Part shown: one piece after another, positions 36,412-49,277 of the stretch
Layout of the letters: every line of letters begins with the position of its first letter
How positions within the stretch are numbered: the first letter of the stretch is position 1
DNA from: Patellaria atrata CBS 101060
Taxonomy: Eukaryota
Reading direction: 5' to 3'
Assembly: GCA_010093705.1 (NCBI GenBank)
Contig: MU006112.1
Span: 186,001 to 250,000, forward strand
Length of the DNA: 64,000 nucleotides
Position numbers and translations under genes: made by a program
The notes under the pieces: generated by a model
Told to the model about the DNA's origin: nothing
Seen by the model: only the letters and a program-made list of their open reading frames with translations
Database searches by the model: none

Positions 36412-39002
36412 ATGTATGCATTCTACTGAAAATTTCATGCTCATATATCTAACTAATGTCCCACAGGCACCGGCCTAAATTTCGTACGCTCAGTGAAAAA
36501 AAGGAAAATCAAACACCGGTATCTCTAAAAGCATCTCGACTATACGGTGGGACTCCCCAGTCTGTCGACCGTCTAGTAAAACCCTTCAAATGTCCAAGCT
36601 CGGCCACAGCCTCGAGAATATCAGAGAAGCCAGCACGAAAACGACGGAAGATCAGTTATGCAGATGCAGACGGTAGCACCGAGGATGGAGATAAGGCATA
36701 CACGAACGAGGATCGGCTCGCCCTCGCAACAAGAGATGTCAATAGATACCCAGTCTTCAAGGTGAAAGATAAAGAGATGGCGTTTAAGCAGCGATTCTCG
36801 GTACCATTGAAGAATAAGGACACTGGAGCTTATAACGCGTTTAGACCCGCCCCTTTGCTCGGGATGCGCATGGGAGCTGTTTTTGTTGCGAAACCGCTTC
36901 ATGATCCTAGTGGAGAATTCGCTATAGTCCTATATGACCCTACAATTGACGATAAGCCGGTCACTGCAGAGGATGTCGAGAAGGCACCAGATGGGAAGGA
37001 AATCGTCAAGGTGGATGGCCCGTTGGTACATAAGAGCTTAGCGGATTTGTTAGGTCTTAAGAAGAAAGTAGAGGAGAGACCCAGAGTACCTGTCGTTATT
37101 GATCCCAGGCTGGCGAAGGTGCTGAGGCCACATCAAGTCGAGGGTGTTAAGGTACCCCTCACAATCCTTTGCCTGAAGTTCAACTGCTGATTCAACCAGT
37201 TCTTATACAGAGCCACGACAGGATTGATTGATGGCAATGCTAATGGATGCATCATGGCTGATGAGATGGGTCTTGGGAAGACGCTTCAATGTATAACTTT
37301 GATGTGGACCTTGTTGAAACAATCCCCAGACGCTGGTAAATCTACAATACAGAAATGTGTTATTACCTGCCCATCCAGTCTTGTGAAAAACTGGGCGAAT
37401 GAACTCGGTATGTCTAATCTCAATAGTATTTGGGGAAGTTGCTCATCCTATCTAGTAAAATGGCTCGGTAAAGATGCTGTGACACCTTTTGCCGTGGACG
37501 GAAAGGCCTCTAAAGAAGAACTTGTCTCACAACTGCGACAGTGGTCAATTGCTAGTGGCCGTTCTATCGTCCGACCAGTGTTGATTGTGTCTTATGAAAG
37601 TCTGCGTCTGAATGTGGACGAGTTGAAGAATACTCCAATCGGTCTCTTACTATGTGATGAAGGTCATCGCCTAAAGAACGGTGAGAACCAGACGTTCACT
37701 GCACTGAACGGGTTGAACGTGCAGAAACGAGTTATCCTCACCGGAACACCTATCCAGAATGATCTCTCCGAATATTTTTCACTCCTTAACTTCGCGAATC
37801 CCAGCTACTTAGGAACTAGGGTGGAGTTCCGCAAGAAGTTTGAGATCCCTATTCTGCGAGGGCGTGACGCCGCTGGAACAGATGCTGATCGAAAACGAGG
37901 AGACGAGTGCCTTGCAGAACTTCTTAATCTCGTCAATAAATTCATCATTCGACGTACGAATGATATTTTATCGAAATATCTTCCGGTAAAATATGAGCAT
38001 GTTGTCTTCTGCAACCTTGCTCCCTTCCAGAAAGATTTGTATAATCACTTCGTCCAGTCACCGGATATCCAGAAACTCCTGAGGGGAAAAGGAAGTTCTG
38101 CACTAAAGGCGATTACGATTCTTAAAAAGTTATGTAACCATCCCGACTTACTAGATGTGCCGGTCGATCTTCCTGGCTCAGAAGAGTGTTTCCCAGACGA
38201 CTTTGTTCCCAAAGAAGCAAGAGGTAGAGACAGAGATGTTAAACCTTGGTATTCCGGGAAAATGCAGGTCCTCGATCGTATGCTTGCGCGTATTCGTCAA
38301 GATACAAATGACAAAATCGTTTTGATCAGCAATTACGCGCAGACGCTTGATGTATTTGAGAAGCTCTGCCGAGCCCGTGGTTATGGAAGCCTCCGTCTAG
38401 ACGGATCGTTACAGGTGGGCAAGCGTCAAAAGCTAGTGGACAGATTCAACGACCCAGAAGGATCTGAGTTCGTGTTTCTGTTATCAAGCAAAGCTGGTGG
38501 TTGTGGTATCAACTTGATCGGTGCGAATCGCCTAATTCTCTTCGACCCAGATTGGAACCCAGCAGCAGATCAGCAAGCTCTTGCTCGTGTCTGGCGTGAC
38601 GGACAGAAGAAAGATTGCTTTGTCTATCGGTTCATTGCGACTGGTACTATTGAAGAGAAGATCTTTCAAAGGCAGTCCCACAAGCAATCACTATCTTCTT
38701 GTGTCGTAGACTCTGCGGAAGATGTCGAGCGTCATTTCTCCTTGGACTCGCTCCGCGAACTCTTTCAGTATCGGGACAATACGCGAAGCGACACACATGA
38801 CACATTTAAGTGTAAGAGGTGTAGACCTGATGGTCGGCAGCATATTAAAGCCCCTGCGATGTTGTATGGAGATACCAATACCTGGAATCACTTCGTTAAT
38901 GACGGGCCTGATGGACCGTTAAATAAGATACAAGATTTACTGTTGAGGCAGGAGACGGCGGAACATGATGTCAGTGCTGTGTTCCAGTATATCAGTCATT
39001 AA
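36412..39002 (+). CDS. rad54: Rad54 SNF2-family DNA translocase (homologous recombination); introns 36414-36466, 37152-37199, 37408-37455
   Basis: Rad54 N-domain (KPLHDPSGEFAIVLYDP, VPVVIDPRLAKVLRPHQVEGVK), ADEMGLGKT, CDEGHRLKN, TGTPIQNDL, LLSSKAGGCGINLIGANRL and QALARVWRDGQKK. Confidence 0.97.
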
Positions 39003-39290
39003 ATAGTTTAGGATACGGTTGGAGGTGTTGGATTTATTATTGAATGAATATTCAGGATAGCTTAGGATAGCTACAACCTATCATTATCAGCAATGGATTA
39101 ATATTCTTTACTCATTGATCGATCGTACAAGCATTGAACGAAAGTAATTGTAATGTAGAGGTTTGAGTATGGTCACTTACCGTATTGTTCAAGGGGTTCT
39201 ATTGTGTTACGTTTCGCCGCCACAGCACTAGTCTCATCTCCATCAACATCATCGTGGGAACGAGTCAGTTTCAACATCAAATCCATCAAA

Positions 39291-41366
39291 ATGGATCAAG
39301 AAGGAGTACGGCAGCGTACGACAGCTGTCAAAGAATCTCAAGCTGGGGGATCTATCAAACCTCTGCCCGAAAGCAAAAGACACCCTAACGCGTAAGCTAA
39401 AGCCACGGTAGTCATCCCAACCTTAATCTAACCACAACCACAGTCCTTACACCAGGACCACATATGCAGAACCAATTGTAGTATTCTACGTCTTCTTCGC
39501 AGTAAATACCTTTGCTGCCTTGTATGCACCAATTCAGGACTGTGACGAGGTCTTCAATTACTGGGAACCCTCCCACTACCTCACTCATGGCTCGGGCTTG
39601 CAGACATGGGAGTTTTCCCCGGACTACGCAATCCGCAGTTGGGTTTATGCCGGTATACATTCAGGCATCATCGCAATAGGGCGCTTATTGCCATGGCCTG
39701 GAAAGGTCTTTGAGTTCTACTTTTTGAGAGTCGTGCTGGGGTTCGTATGTGCGGTTTGCGAGACGAGGCTATTCTCGGCCGTTGGAAAGAGCTTGGGAGA
39801 GAGTGTCGCAATGCTTTATGCGTTCGTGATGATTGCTAGTCCGGGCATGTTCCATGCGGCTGCGAGCTATTTGCCGAGTAGTTTTGCCATGTATACGACT
39901 ATGCTGGGCATGGCGGCGTTCATGGATCCGAGGGGACGGAATCGGACTGCTTGGGGGATCTTCTGGTTCGCGGTTGGTGGGGTGATAGGCTGGCCTTTTG
40001 CAGCTGCGTTGGTCATCCCGTTCATCTTAGAAGAGTTTCTGGTCACGGCAATCACGAGAGATGTGATACCAATGGTGCAGCGGATGCTAGATGGGACGGT
40101 GAGATCGTTGATTGTTCTTGTAAGTAGATCCATAGCGCAACATCTACAATATCAACTTCGTATATTTACATTCTCAGGCTCTTCAATCCATCGTCGACAC
40201 GTTCTTCTACAAGAAGTTCGTCTGCGTCCCCTTAAACATCGTCCTCTACAACGTCTTCAGCTCCTCCTCTAAAGGTCCCAACATCTACGGCACGGAACCC
40301 TGGCACTTCTACCTGCGTAACCTTCTGCTGAACTTCACCGTTTGGTTCCCGCTCTCCCTCCTCTCTATCCCAACCATCCTCATCGCCCACATCGCCCGCC
40401 GCAGCAGCACCACCTCCCCAACAGCGAACGGCCAAACGCTTCTCCGTACCATCACCATAGCATCCCCCCTCTACCTATGGCTCACAATCTTTACCCTCCA
40501 ACCACACAAAGAAGAGCGCTTCATCTACCCCGCCTACCCCTTTCTCGCCCTCAACGCCGCCCTGACCCTGCAGCCCCCCCTCTCCCTCCTCTCTAGCAGC
40601 CCCCTCTCCCTCCTCCCGCCCAAACTCCGCAAAGCCCTCCTCCTCCTCAGCGGCCTCTTGACACTCGACCTCGCCCTCCTCCGCATCGCCGCCCTCGCAA
40701 CAGCCTATTCCGCCCCCTTGCAAGTCTACACGCCCCTCCAAACCCCCAACGTGGCACGCGCAGGCGACACCGTATGTCTTGGCAAAGAATGGTACCGCTT
40801 CCCCTCCTCCTACCACCTTCCCGCCGGCGTCCGTGCAAAGTTCATCCGCTCCGCCTTCCGCGGCCTCCTGCCAGGCGAGTTCAGCGAGGCGGTCGAAGGC
40901 TTCGGCTTCTTTCCCGGCGCGTGGCTCACACCGGCCGGGATGAACGACGAGAACAGAGAGGACGTGGGGAAATATGTGAGTGCTGTCTGCTATTTTTTTT
41001 GCTCCCGCCCTCTGTGAGTGATTGGTGGTTGGATATTATCCCAGTCGTTATTTTGGAGGTTTGGGTTTTTGGGGGAATGGGTGCTGATGTATGCAGGTTG
41101 ATGTCGAACATTGTACTTTCCTTGTTGATTCTTACTTCCCCTCACATGGCGAGGGAATGGAACTAGATCCGCTGGAGCCGCCGTACGTGTTGCAGACTGG
41201 GACGTGGGAGAAGCTGAAATGTATTCCGTTCCTTGATACGGCGGCTACGGGGACGTTAGGGAGGCTGATCTGGATTCCTGAGGCGGCGTGGGTGCCGGAT
41301 GCGTTCAGGAGGAGGTGGGGGAAGTATTGTTTGTTGAGACGGAAGGGGGGGGTGGTGAAAACTTGA
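39291..41366 (+). CDS. alg9: Alpha-1,2-mannosyltransferase Alg9 (GT22), 4 exons
   Basis: YAPIQDCDEVFNYWEPSHYL, GLQTWEFSPDYAIRSW, YLPSSFAMY, GWPFAAAL, YGTEPWHFY, QPHKEERFIYP, VCLGKEWYRFPSSY and GMNDEN; introns near 39392, 40121 and 40976. Confidence 0.94.
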
Positions 41367-41669
41367 TTGTTTGGGTTGGAGGATTGGGGTTTACATAGGG
41401 AAGGATTGATTGTGTAGGTTAGAGCAAATATGGGATAGCAAGTAGAGTTTAGGGATGATTGAGTAGGAGGAGTAATTCTAGACTCTGGTCCATTGATTTC
41501 ATTCAACATTCTATTATACAATGATGATTTTTTGGTCTTTGATGCTTTTGTGAAATGTCCATGTGTATCCTACAATCCATCCCGCTCTCACGGTATCATC
41601 AACATTCAGAACTCAGCCAACCAACCCCACGAATCCATCCCACCGCAACACAGTCCAGACCAACGACCC

Positions 41670-42782
41670 TCACTCCTCCCGAGGCCGATTCACCGAATAC
41701 CACTTGAGCACGGCATACACCGTGCGCACTCCAGCAACGACCCTCGACGTATTACCACGGATGCCTAGTGCGGAATACTCCACATGGTGCACACCGTGCA
41801 AGTTGAGGAGGTCCTCACTCCCCTCGAACATCTCCACGATGCTGGACATGATCTGCACGAAGAGGGCGAAATTGCCGCTTCTGAACTCGACGTCGGCCGC
41901 CTGAAGCGGGATGTCCAAGCCAGGCAGCGAGTGCACGATGAGCTTGTCCCAGATCTCCGCGGTCCAGAGCGCCCATTGGAAGAAGAGGCGGAAGGCCGCA
42001 GTGTATCCGAGCTCGCGGAGGATCTTCTTGCGCTCGTGGGCGCGTTGCATGTTTGCCGCCATTTGGGCGGGGTCCGACTGAACGTTTCCTGTTGTGGTGG
42101 TTAGCTGTGCTTGTTTTGACTGGGAGTGGGGAAACCGACGACGGAAGAGTGGGATCCAGAGGGGCGGTGGGGCCACTTCTCCAGGAATATCGATAGGATA
42201 GATACGTATCACATTCCCTGAAAAGTTGTTGAGTCTTTCGAATCGCCAAAGAAGGAGTCGAAGCTCCGCAAGCTTGTTGTCGTCAAAGGCGGCAATGAAC
42301 TCAATCGCCTGCCAGAGCTTGCTCGTATTCTCGAAGAGATTAATGCCGGTGACCGGTGCGATCCGGGGCGCCTGAATGTCCACCAGGTTCTGGAGGTTCA
42401 GCTTGAGGTCCCGATGTAGCTCATAAAACCGAAAGTTATTGACTGCAGACAAGGGGAGACCCAGTGGTACTTGAATACGGATCTCAAGCTTCCGAGCTTT
42501 CATAAGGTGCCAATACTGGGGGTCGTTGATTATTCCCCTAGGCAGAGTATACCCACAGCATTTGATCCCTTCATGGTTTATAAGGACATCGTATGTCATC
42601 GAGTGGAACTTGTGTCGTTCACCAGCCGCAGACAAGGCTCTGCATGTATACATCAGATCGAGAAACGATCTATTGAATTCCTCGTCCGCTCGAATGTACG
42701 TCGATGTTAGGTAGCCAAAAATCATATCTTTGACCTCGAGAGGGAGGCGTACTAAAGCACCGGAACCAACGGGCGCACTCAT
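41670..42782 (-). CDS. Orphan protein with F-box-like N-terminus, 370 aa
   Basis: Long ATG-initiated ORF; LVRLPLEVKDMIFGYL...LMYTCRAL resembles the fungal F-box-like motif; remainder unrecognised. Confidence 0.6.
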   Translation of the reverse strand: MSAPVGSGALVRLPLEVKDMIFGYLTSTYIRADEEFNRSFLDLMYTCRALSAAGERHKFHSMTYDVLINHEGIKCCGYTLPRGIINDPQYWHLMKARKLEIRIQVPLGLPLSAVNNFRFYELHRDLKLNLQNLVDIQAPRIAPVTGINLFENTSKLWQAIEFIAAFDDNKLAELRLLLWRFERLNNFSGNVIRIYPIDIPGEVAPPPLWIPLFRRRFPHSQSKQAQLTTTTGNVQSDPAQMAANMQRAHERKKILRELGYTAAFRLFFQWALWTAEIWDKLIVHSLPGLDIPLQAADVEFRSGNFALFVQIMSSIVEMFEGSEDLLNLHGVHHVEYSALGIRGNTSRVVAGVRTVYAVLKWYSVNRPREE

Positions 42783-45700
42783 GATGAGTTTGAGAGAGAT
42801 AGTATGTCTGTGGGGAAGATGATGACGATGTGCTTAGGCTGGTAGGTGGAAGCGCAAGAGAGTAGGAAAATGTTTGTGGGCGATGGTGGAAGCCAAGACA
42901 AGAAGCTCTCAGGTAGGCGGTAAGTGCATTTTGCAGTTCTACGTCGTGGTAGAAGGAGATGAGTGCGGGTTGCCTGTCCTTCCCCTAGGCAAGGTCTTGC
43001 GCTCTCTCAGTTGGATTGCTCGGTGCAGGAAAGTGAAGATATCTTATAGAGGAGTAGTAGACTATTAAGGAGCTTTGAGTACCGTGAGATGCACCCGCAA
43101 ATGATAGGGGGGGTGCTATTGTTGTGCAGTTGACGTTGCGTGCTATTGATTGTCTGTAAAGCCAGACAACCATCGACGTGCGGAAATAATCTTGAGATTT
43201 TCTTTTCCCTACCAACTCTAAGAAATCCCCGACTTCTCATGAGATGAAGTACGAGCAATTAGAGCCCGTGAATAATCTCATGGTGAAGCTTATGTCCCTC
43301 AATTTCAAACCTCCCAACTATTCGGTCTTCTGTGCGGCCAAGCTGAGGTCAGATTCGGAGGCGCGATAGCAACACAACTGCTTGCACAATCCGCAGTCTT
43401 CGCCTACTACCCCTCCCTTCTACAATGCAAAGCTTCTTCAGGATATGAATGAGAATCCACTCTTAGATCGCAGCACCACCTAACACTCTTATGACGAGGG
43501 AGTACCGGGATTGGTAGAGGTCAACAAGCAACCAGACAAACTTGCTGACGAGAACACAACAACAAGCAATGAAGACCCTTTGTTTAGCTGAGAGCTAAAA
43601 CACCCTGGGATTGTAGACCATCCTAATCTTTCGGGGTAGTAATGCATCTCGCTTGGAGGAATATGTCGATTTAGGATACCAACAAGCAACTTAATAAATT
43701 TCTCGGCCAGAACACCAGCAACGCGAGACCCCTCACCTTTAGCCAGTTGAAATCAGGACTTCTTGAGCATATGAGCAAGCTTGGTTTTTTGAGATAGCAT
43801 TACACCTCTACAAGGAGAACGTCGATTCAAAGAAGCCGACAAGCGACCAAGCAAGATCTCACGTCCTAAGCCCCAAAGGGGGCAGAAACACACAGATTTA
43901 GAACATTTCGAGCGTATGATGGCTCACTCCCTATTTTGAGATAGGTTACGCTCCTGACAACTTGAAGGATACCGATCATCAGAAGCTGACAATCAACCGA
44001 CAAGGCCTCGCATGTTGAATGCCCAAAACGTGCAAGAGCACACATATTTCGGATTCTTCGAGCGTAATAGAGAGGCCCGCCTTCCGTTTCAAGAAAGACT
44101 GCATGCTAGCGCTGGGCCAGGATATTGTATCTTGTATCTATCATTCCGGTTCAAAGAAGGACGAATACGTATCCGGCGGAATGAAACCGATTGATTAAAG
44201 CCGACAAGGAACAAGAGAGGGTTAGAGAACGGAAAACCAAGAAGTGATGGACAACTACACCGGATATCTCGAACAAGTGATCGAAGTTCCAACGTTTAAT
44301 GTGGTCTCATTACTTCCCCGATGGGAAACCACTCAGGGTGCCGGCGGAGACACTCAACCACACAAGACCTTGCTCTTAGATATAGTGACGTCCATAGACT
44401 GTATCCTCAATTCGCACTTATGGCGAGGGGTTCTCAACATATGCGGATATATTTGAATACGGCAGAGTTTTGCTAAAACACTCCATTCGACCAGTCGCTT
44501 GGGTTGAAGTAACATGCCACGACGAGACGCTCTACCGGAGAGTCACGATAAGATCCGGAAGCGCCGTGCAGCTGGTATAAGTGGGTACCCATATGTTATG
44601 TGTTTCCCGAAACACTTTCAGATGTATCCCGGCGCAGACTGAGTAAGAAATGAAGGGACGATACAAAGCAACAAGTACTCAGTATCCGTGAACGGGGGAC
44701 TTGAAAAGGGGACTTGACTATTACTGATTCTGGACACCGTGACATCTACATAATGACCGCCGCATTTTGTTTCAATTGGACGAGAGTCCGACCACTGCCG
44801 GTTGAAGAGGAACAAAATGACTGATAAAAGAAAGGAAAAACTACCGTGAAAGAGCTAGGACAAATCATACCCTGAAACTGACAGTCAAGAAAAATACCGT
44901 AAGGGGCGGAAACCATGCAGATGGATGTAGTGCCCTGAATATGTTGAAGGTTAACGTGTGTTGATACGACGGTATGAATAGAAAGGAAGCCAGACGGAAA
45001 GCATCAACCTGAAGAAGCGAGTCGGAGATGACTGTAGCCACGGTAACCACACTTCAGACCCCGAATAGTAGCCGACACAAAACACAAGATATAACCGGAG
45101 TACAAGCATGCCCTTTACTTCTGGAGCAAATTTGTAACAAGACACTGAGGAATTGGCACACACGAAAGAGCCACTCATCGTAGCGACAGACCTGGAGTCG
45201 CTTCTATAGAGAAGGATGAAGCCTATCATGATGCTTCGGCTAGATTAAAATGAGGGTCTCATATAACAAGAGCGGTTCAGTTGCCTTCAGGGATTCTGAA
45301 GGTAGTGACATCTAGGGGTTGTGCTTTTAGAATTACTGCTTTGGTTCTGCTTAGGAGCCGTCGTGTAATGCTGGAAGACCCTTAGAACGTGTATAATGGA
45401 ATCGCTTGGGAGACCACAATGCTAGTGGTGGCAAACAAGGTGGTTGAGGGGAGGAATACTATAGTGCTGATGCATCAATAGGAGATTAGATTCGACAACT
45501 CAAATCGCCCCGCCTTGGATTATGGACGAAAAAGAAGAGAGTAAGGATACTCCATACCTTTTACATGGAATATGAATATATCTTTCGCCATCTTAAGTAA
45601 AGGATAGTTGGCATCTCGATTTTGCAGTAGCATATCAGAGACGGCAAGCCGGAAGTCGCCAGTGATACATCCCAGGAATCAATGCTGATACCTCCTAGTG

Positions 45701-48700
45701 AACGGAAGAATGAATTCTGAAACAAAATCCAGTGGAGAACCCAGAAACGTTTCCAAGGATTCGGTATCCAAGGAACTAGATATAATGGTCACGAAGAACG
45801 TGACAAAACCTTTGGTTCTCTGATATGGCGGTAAGACGTCCAGGGACATTATTCTTCTGCTACGTTGTCGTATTGCTCCGGCCTCCCATCTCTTCTAACC
45901 TTATTAGGTTCTATCTTCATATTGCCTATGCGGCCGTCACATCAAGGACAATCTGTTCCTCAAATCTCACCCCTAGGGGTATGCCATCCTTAGAATACAA
46001 TTGCCACGGAATGTGTGCAATTGTTCTTCAAAGCATCAAGAATAATAGTTTGCCTGACCTTTTACTCTCCCTATTCCCTCAAGCTTCCTTATCATGCAAT
46101 GATTGCTTAGAAGCCAATCACTCGAAGTTCTCGAACTTCTAGTAACAGCTCCTTGTAAAGGGATCTCTAATGGAATATCACTCTACACAATATTGGTCCT
46201 TTCTTCCTCATTTCCGCAGAACTCTTGAAAGTCTATACTATCGGACTAGTGGGTCACGGCGGGTGAACGGTATACCAGTTCCATTGATAGTAGTACAGTC
46301 TTCTAAGCTTGCATACTTGGGAGGTAGCCTTTTTCGATGCTTGAAAGCAGGTTAAGAAGATATCCGGATTACTCCTTCACCAACTCTTCGACATGTTCTC
46401 GACGGTTACCTCGTTCAGCATCAACAGTGCATGAACTTAGAGGAGTGAAGCACCATCCCAGGGTTTATCGGACCAAGCAGGCCTATGCTAGACGCCCTTG
46501 CCTCAGAAGATACCTAGCTAGGACACACATCATACCGAACATATGTTGTGTTGGGGATATATTGCAGCCAGAACACATCCCATACTGAGCATACTCCCCA
46601 CCCTGGAAGTGGTCATAGCACGTAATGTGTGGTGGATGCTCATCGACTCATCTCATCATATACAGCATGTAATACCCCGCATTTTACACATAATAACTCG
46701 ACTCATGATCCATAGACCCTGTTTACGCGTAATATCTGGTTGCTCATGTAGCTCTAGTCAACAGTTTTGGTGTAAGCACTGGGACAACAACGGGTTGAGC
46801 GCAGATTACGTCGTAGGAAAGTTGTATGAGAGTGGGAGGAGATAATCGGAATGCGTAGGAGGACGGAGAGGGTATCTAGAGCAATCACAACGTCAGATCT
46901 CGATTCGACAAGGAACCGGGGGGGGGGGGGGGCCTCCCCTTCAATGGTCCGTCCTGGCTACCCAGAATGCAATAAATGCTGAATGCCTTCACAAATTGAT
47001 ATACACGACACCGGTTTTCTCCATTCACATAGCGACACTGATTATTTGTTAAATGGGAAATGACTCCATAGAGTTCAAGCCGAGATAACAAAGAGTTGCC
47101 GCAATACGCAAGGAGTTGTGCTAGAGCCATTCCCCCAGCGACAATCTGGCCCATAATATATTCGCGAGAACATCAAGGATATAGCATTAGACGCAGACCG
47201 CTGTGGCGGATAGCAAGATATCGTTTAAATTCTCGACAATAGCGCAAGAACATCGAATTTTTGTGAGCGAAACACGTAGACCTATGCTGGACTTTCCTTG
47301 GCTATGGAAAAAGGTTCAACTTATTGTGACAGCGAGCCATCATCTCTGGCAACGACTGAAGGATAAGCGAGATATGATTCTACTAGTTGTCCTCTTATCC
47401 TGGGATTATAATTTGATGCGGATAACTGTTCCAAACATGGTCCTGCTTATGGATGATGGAGGCGTTGATTATCATCGAGGCTGTCAATCACGACTGTCGC
47501 ATAAGTGCTCTAAAACGGCTTTCGAGGACTGTTGTAGGTGGAGTCACCCTCTAAGTCCAGGGCAAGGCGGCCAGAGGAGAATGCTGGTGGTAGAAGCAGA
47601 TGCGCCGCTACCTGTCGTTAGATCCGAAGTAGTTGTTGATCCTTATCTGACGTGGAACGTAAAGACCTACGCATAGTAAAGTAAGAGTGGGTGAATTGAT
47701 AGTGAGCCTAAGGATACTCGGGAAGGACTTCAAATGGAGTTTCGGGGTTCAAGGCTTGAGGCGGTACTGTACAGTACATGATAGGTGATCGCTGCGGGAA
47801 GAGATGGAAGGGGGACAGATTTCTCTGCGGATGCAATGCAAAGACTCGAAATGAATATTGAGGCATTCCGAGATGATCATGAAGAGCGGGAAAGATGGTG
47901 CAAATGGGAAAGATGGGTGGAAGTGAGAACAAGGTGTGGAGGCTAAGCTATTCGGCTGGTGAGGAGTTACCACGATCCCAATGCAAGGGGGCGCTTCCCG
48001 AGAATCCCGACCCAGATAACCGGCTCACGTCAACGGTGCAGATACAACTGCACGGGGGTCCATAGCAGTAAGGTACCAATACAGTATCCAGGTCTAGCTT
48101 AGGCTGCATAGCCGTATCACTGAACTACTGCCCCGGTAACAGCACAAGATAGTTCTAATTATGGCTTCTATTCTACTGTTCGGCATACTCTATGGACAAG
48201 CTATAGGTCGAACTGTTATCCAAAACACGAGCATACTGCTGCTATTCCCTTGATGCTCGAGTACCTTAACCCAGACAGTAGTTGTGGACCACCGCAGAGC
48301 TGCCCTCGGCTGGGTGTTACCTTACCCTTACTAATACGTATAATACCTTAACGGCTTGTCACTGCCCCGTTAGGTTGCACATGGCCTGCTTTACCTTACT
48401 GGACTTGGTTAGCCCGAATATCCTCTAGCCGAATTTGAGCTCTGAGCTTTGACGAGCTTCTTCTGCTTCCACTTCCGCACTTCTACCTTCCTCTCTCTTA
48501 TTCTCTTCAACCAACCTCACTCGACGCCTTTTTCCGTCGTTAAAAGGCTTTAGCATTCATCATCATCTACTCTCAACCTTCAGCATTCTCATTCTATCTT
48601 GGCTTATCTCCAACATCAAGCACCTGAGATTTGTGTGAACCGTCAGCCGACAGGGCAGGCGGCTTCGTCTCGGAGGCTGGTGTCGGGCCGGGTTGAAGCT

Positions 48701-48829
48701 AAGTTACGCACACAAACACACAGCCCGAAGCGAAAATAGACCCACAACAACACCCTCCACACAAAACATCTCTCTTTGTCCTTTACTTCCTCCATTTTAC
48801 AACCTTACAGGCTATAGTCTACAGGCTGT

Positions 48830-48905
48830 CTACTGTCTACTGTCTACTGGCTACTGTCTACTGGCTACTGGCTACTGGCTACTGGCTACTGTCTAGTGTC
48901 CACTG
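48830..48905. repeat. 7-bp tandem repeat (CTACTGG/CTACTGT) x ~10
   Basis: ctactgt ctactgt ctactgg ctactgt ctactgg ctactgg... read directly from the sequence. Confidence 0.9.
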
Positions 48906-49277
48906 TCCGCATTTCGCAAGCTGCACCTATTTACCTTACCGGTTCGGTTACCTTCAGGTTACCTTCAGCAACAATCACAGGTTTTACAGAGCTTTAGTCG
49001 CGTCCATTATCAAGCTACTGCAAACCTCACAGCCTGCAGCAAACCCACCTTAAAGGCCTAACTAGGAGCTACCTTAGTTTTCCCCACGCCCTCCCCGGCT
49101 TTTCTTGCTGCTCCCAGACTTTTGGTTCGCTTTTCGCCAAGAAGAAAATAAATTTTCTAAATCCAAACGGTCCGAGCTTCACCCTTCACCAACCACAACT
49201 ATCAACCTGCACCACTACTTTCTCTCCACTATTATCTCACTTCTACCTACATTCGCTACAGTCTATGTTTCTTCATC

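Noticed and set aside
46918..46932. G15 homopolymer as a functional G-quadruplex
   Set aside because: Isolated run with no supporting context; its length may also be a sequencing artefact.
47203..47676. 157-aa plus-strand ORF
   Set aside because: GTG start and no recognisable domain; probably a chance or antisense frame.
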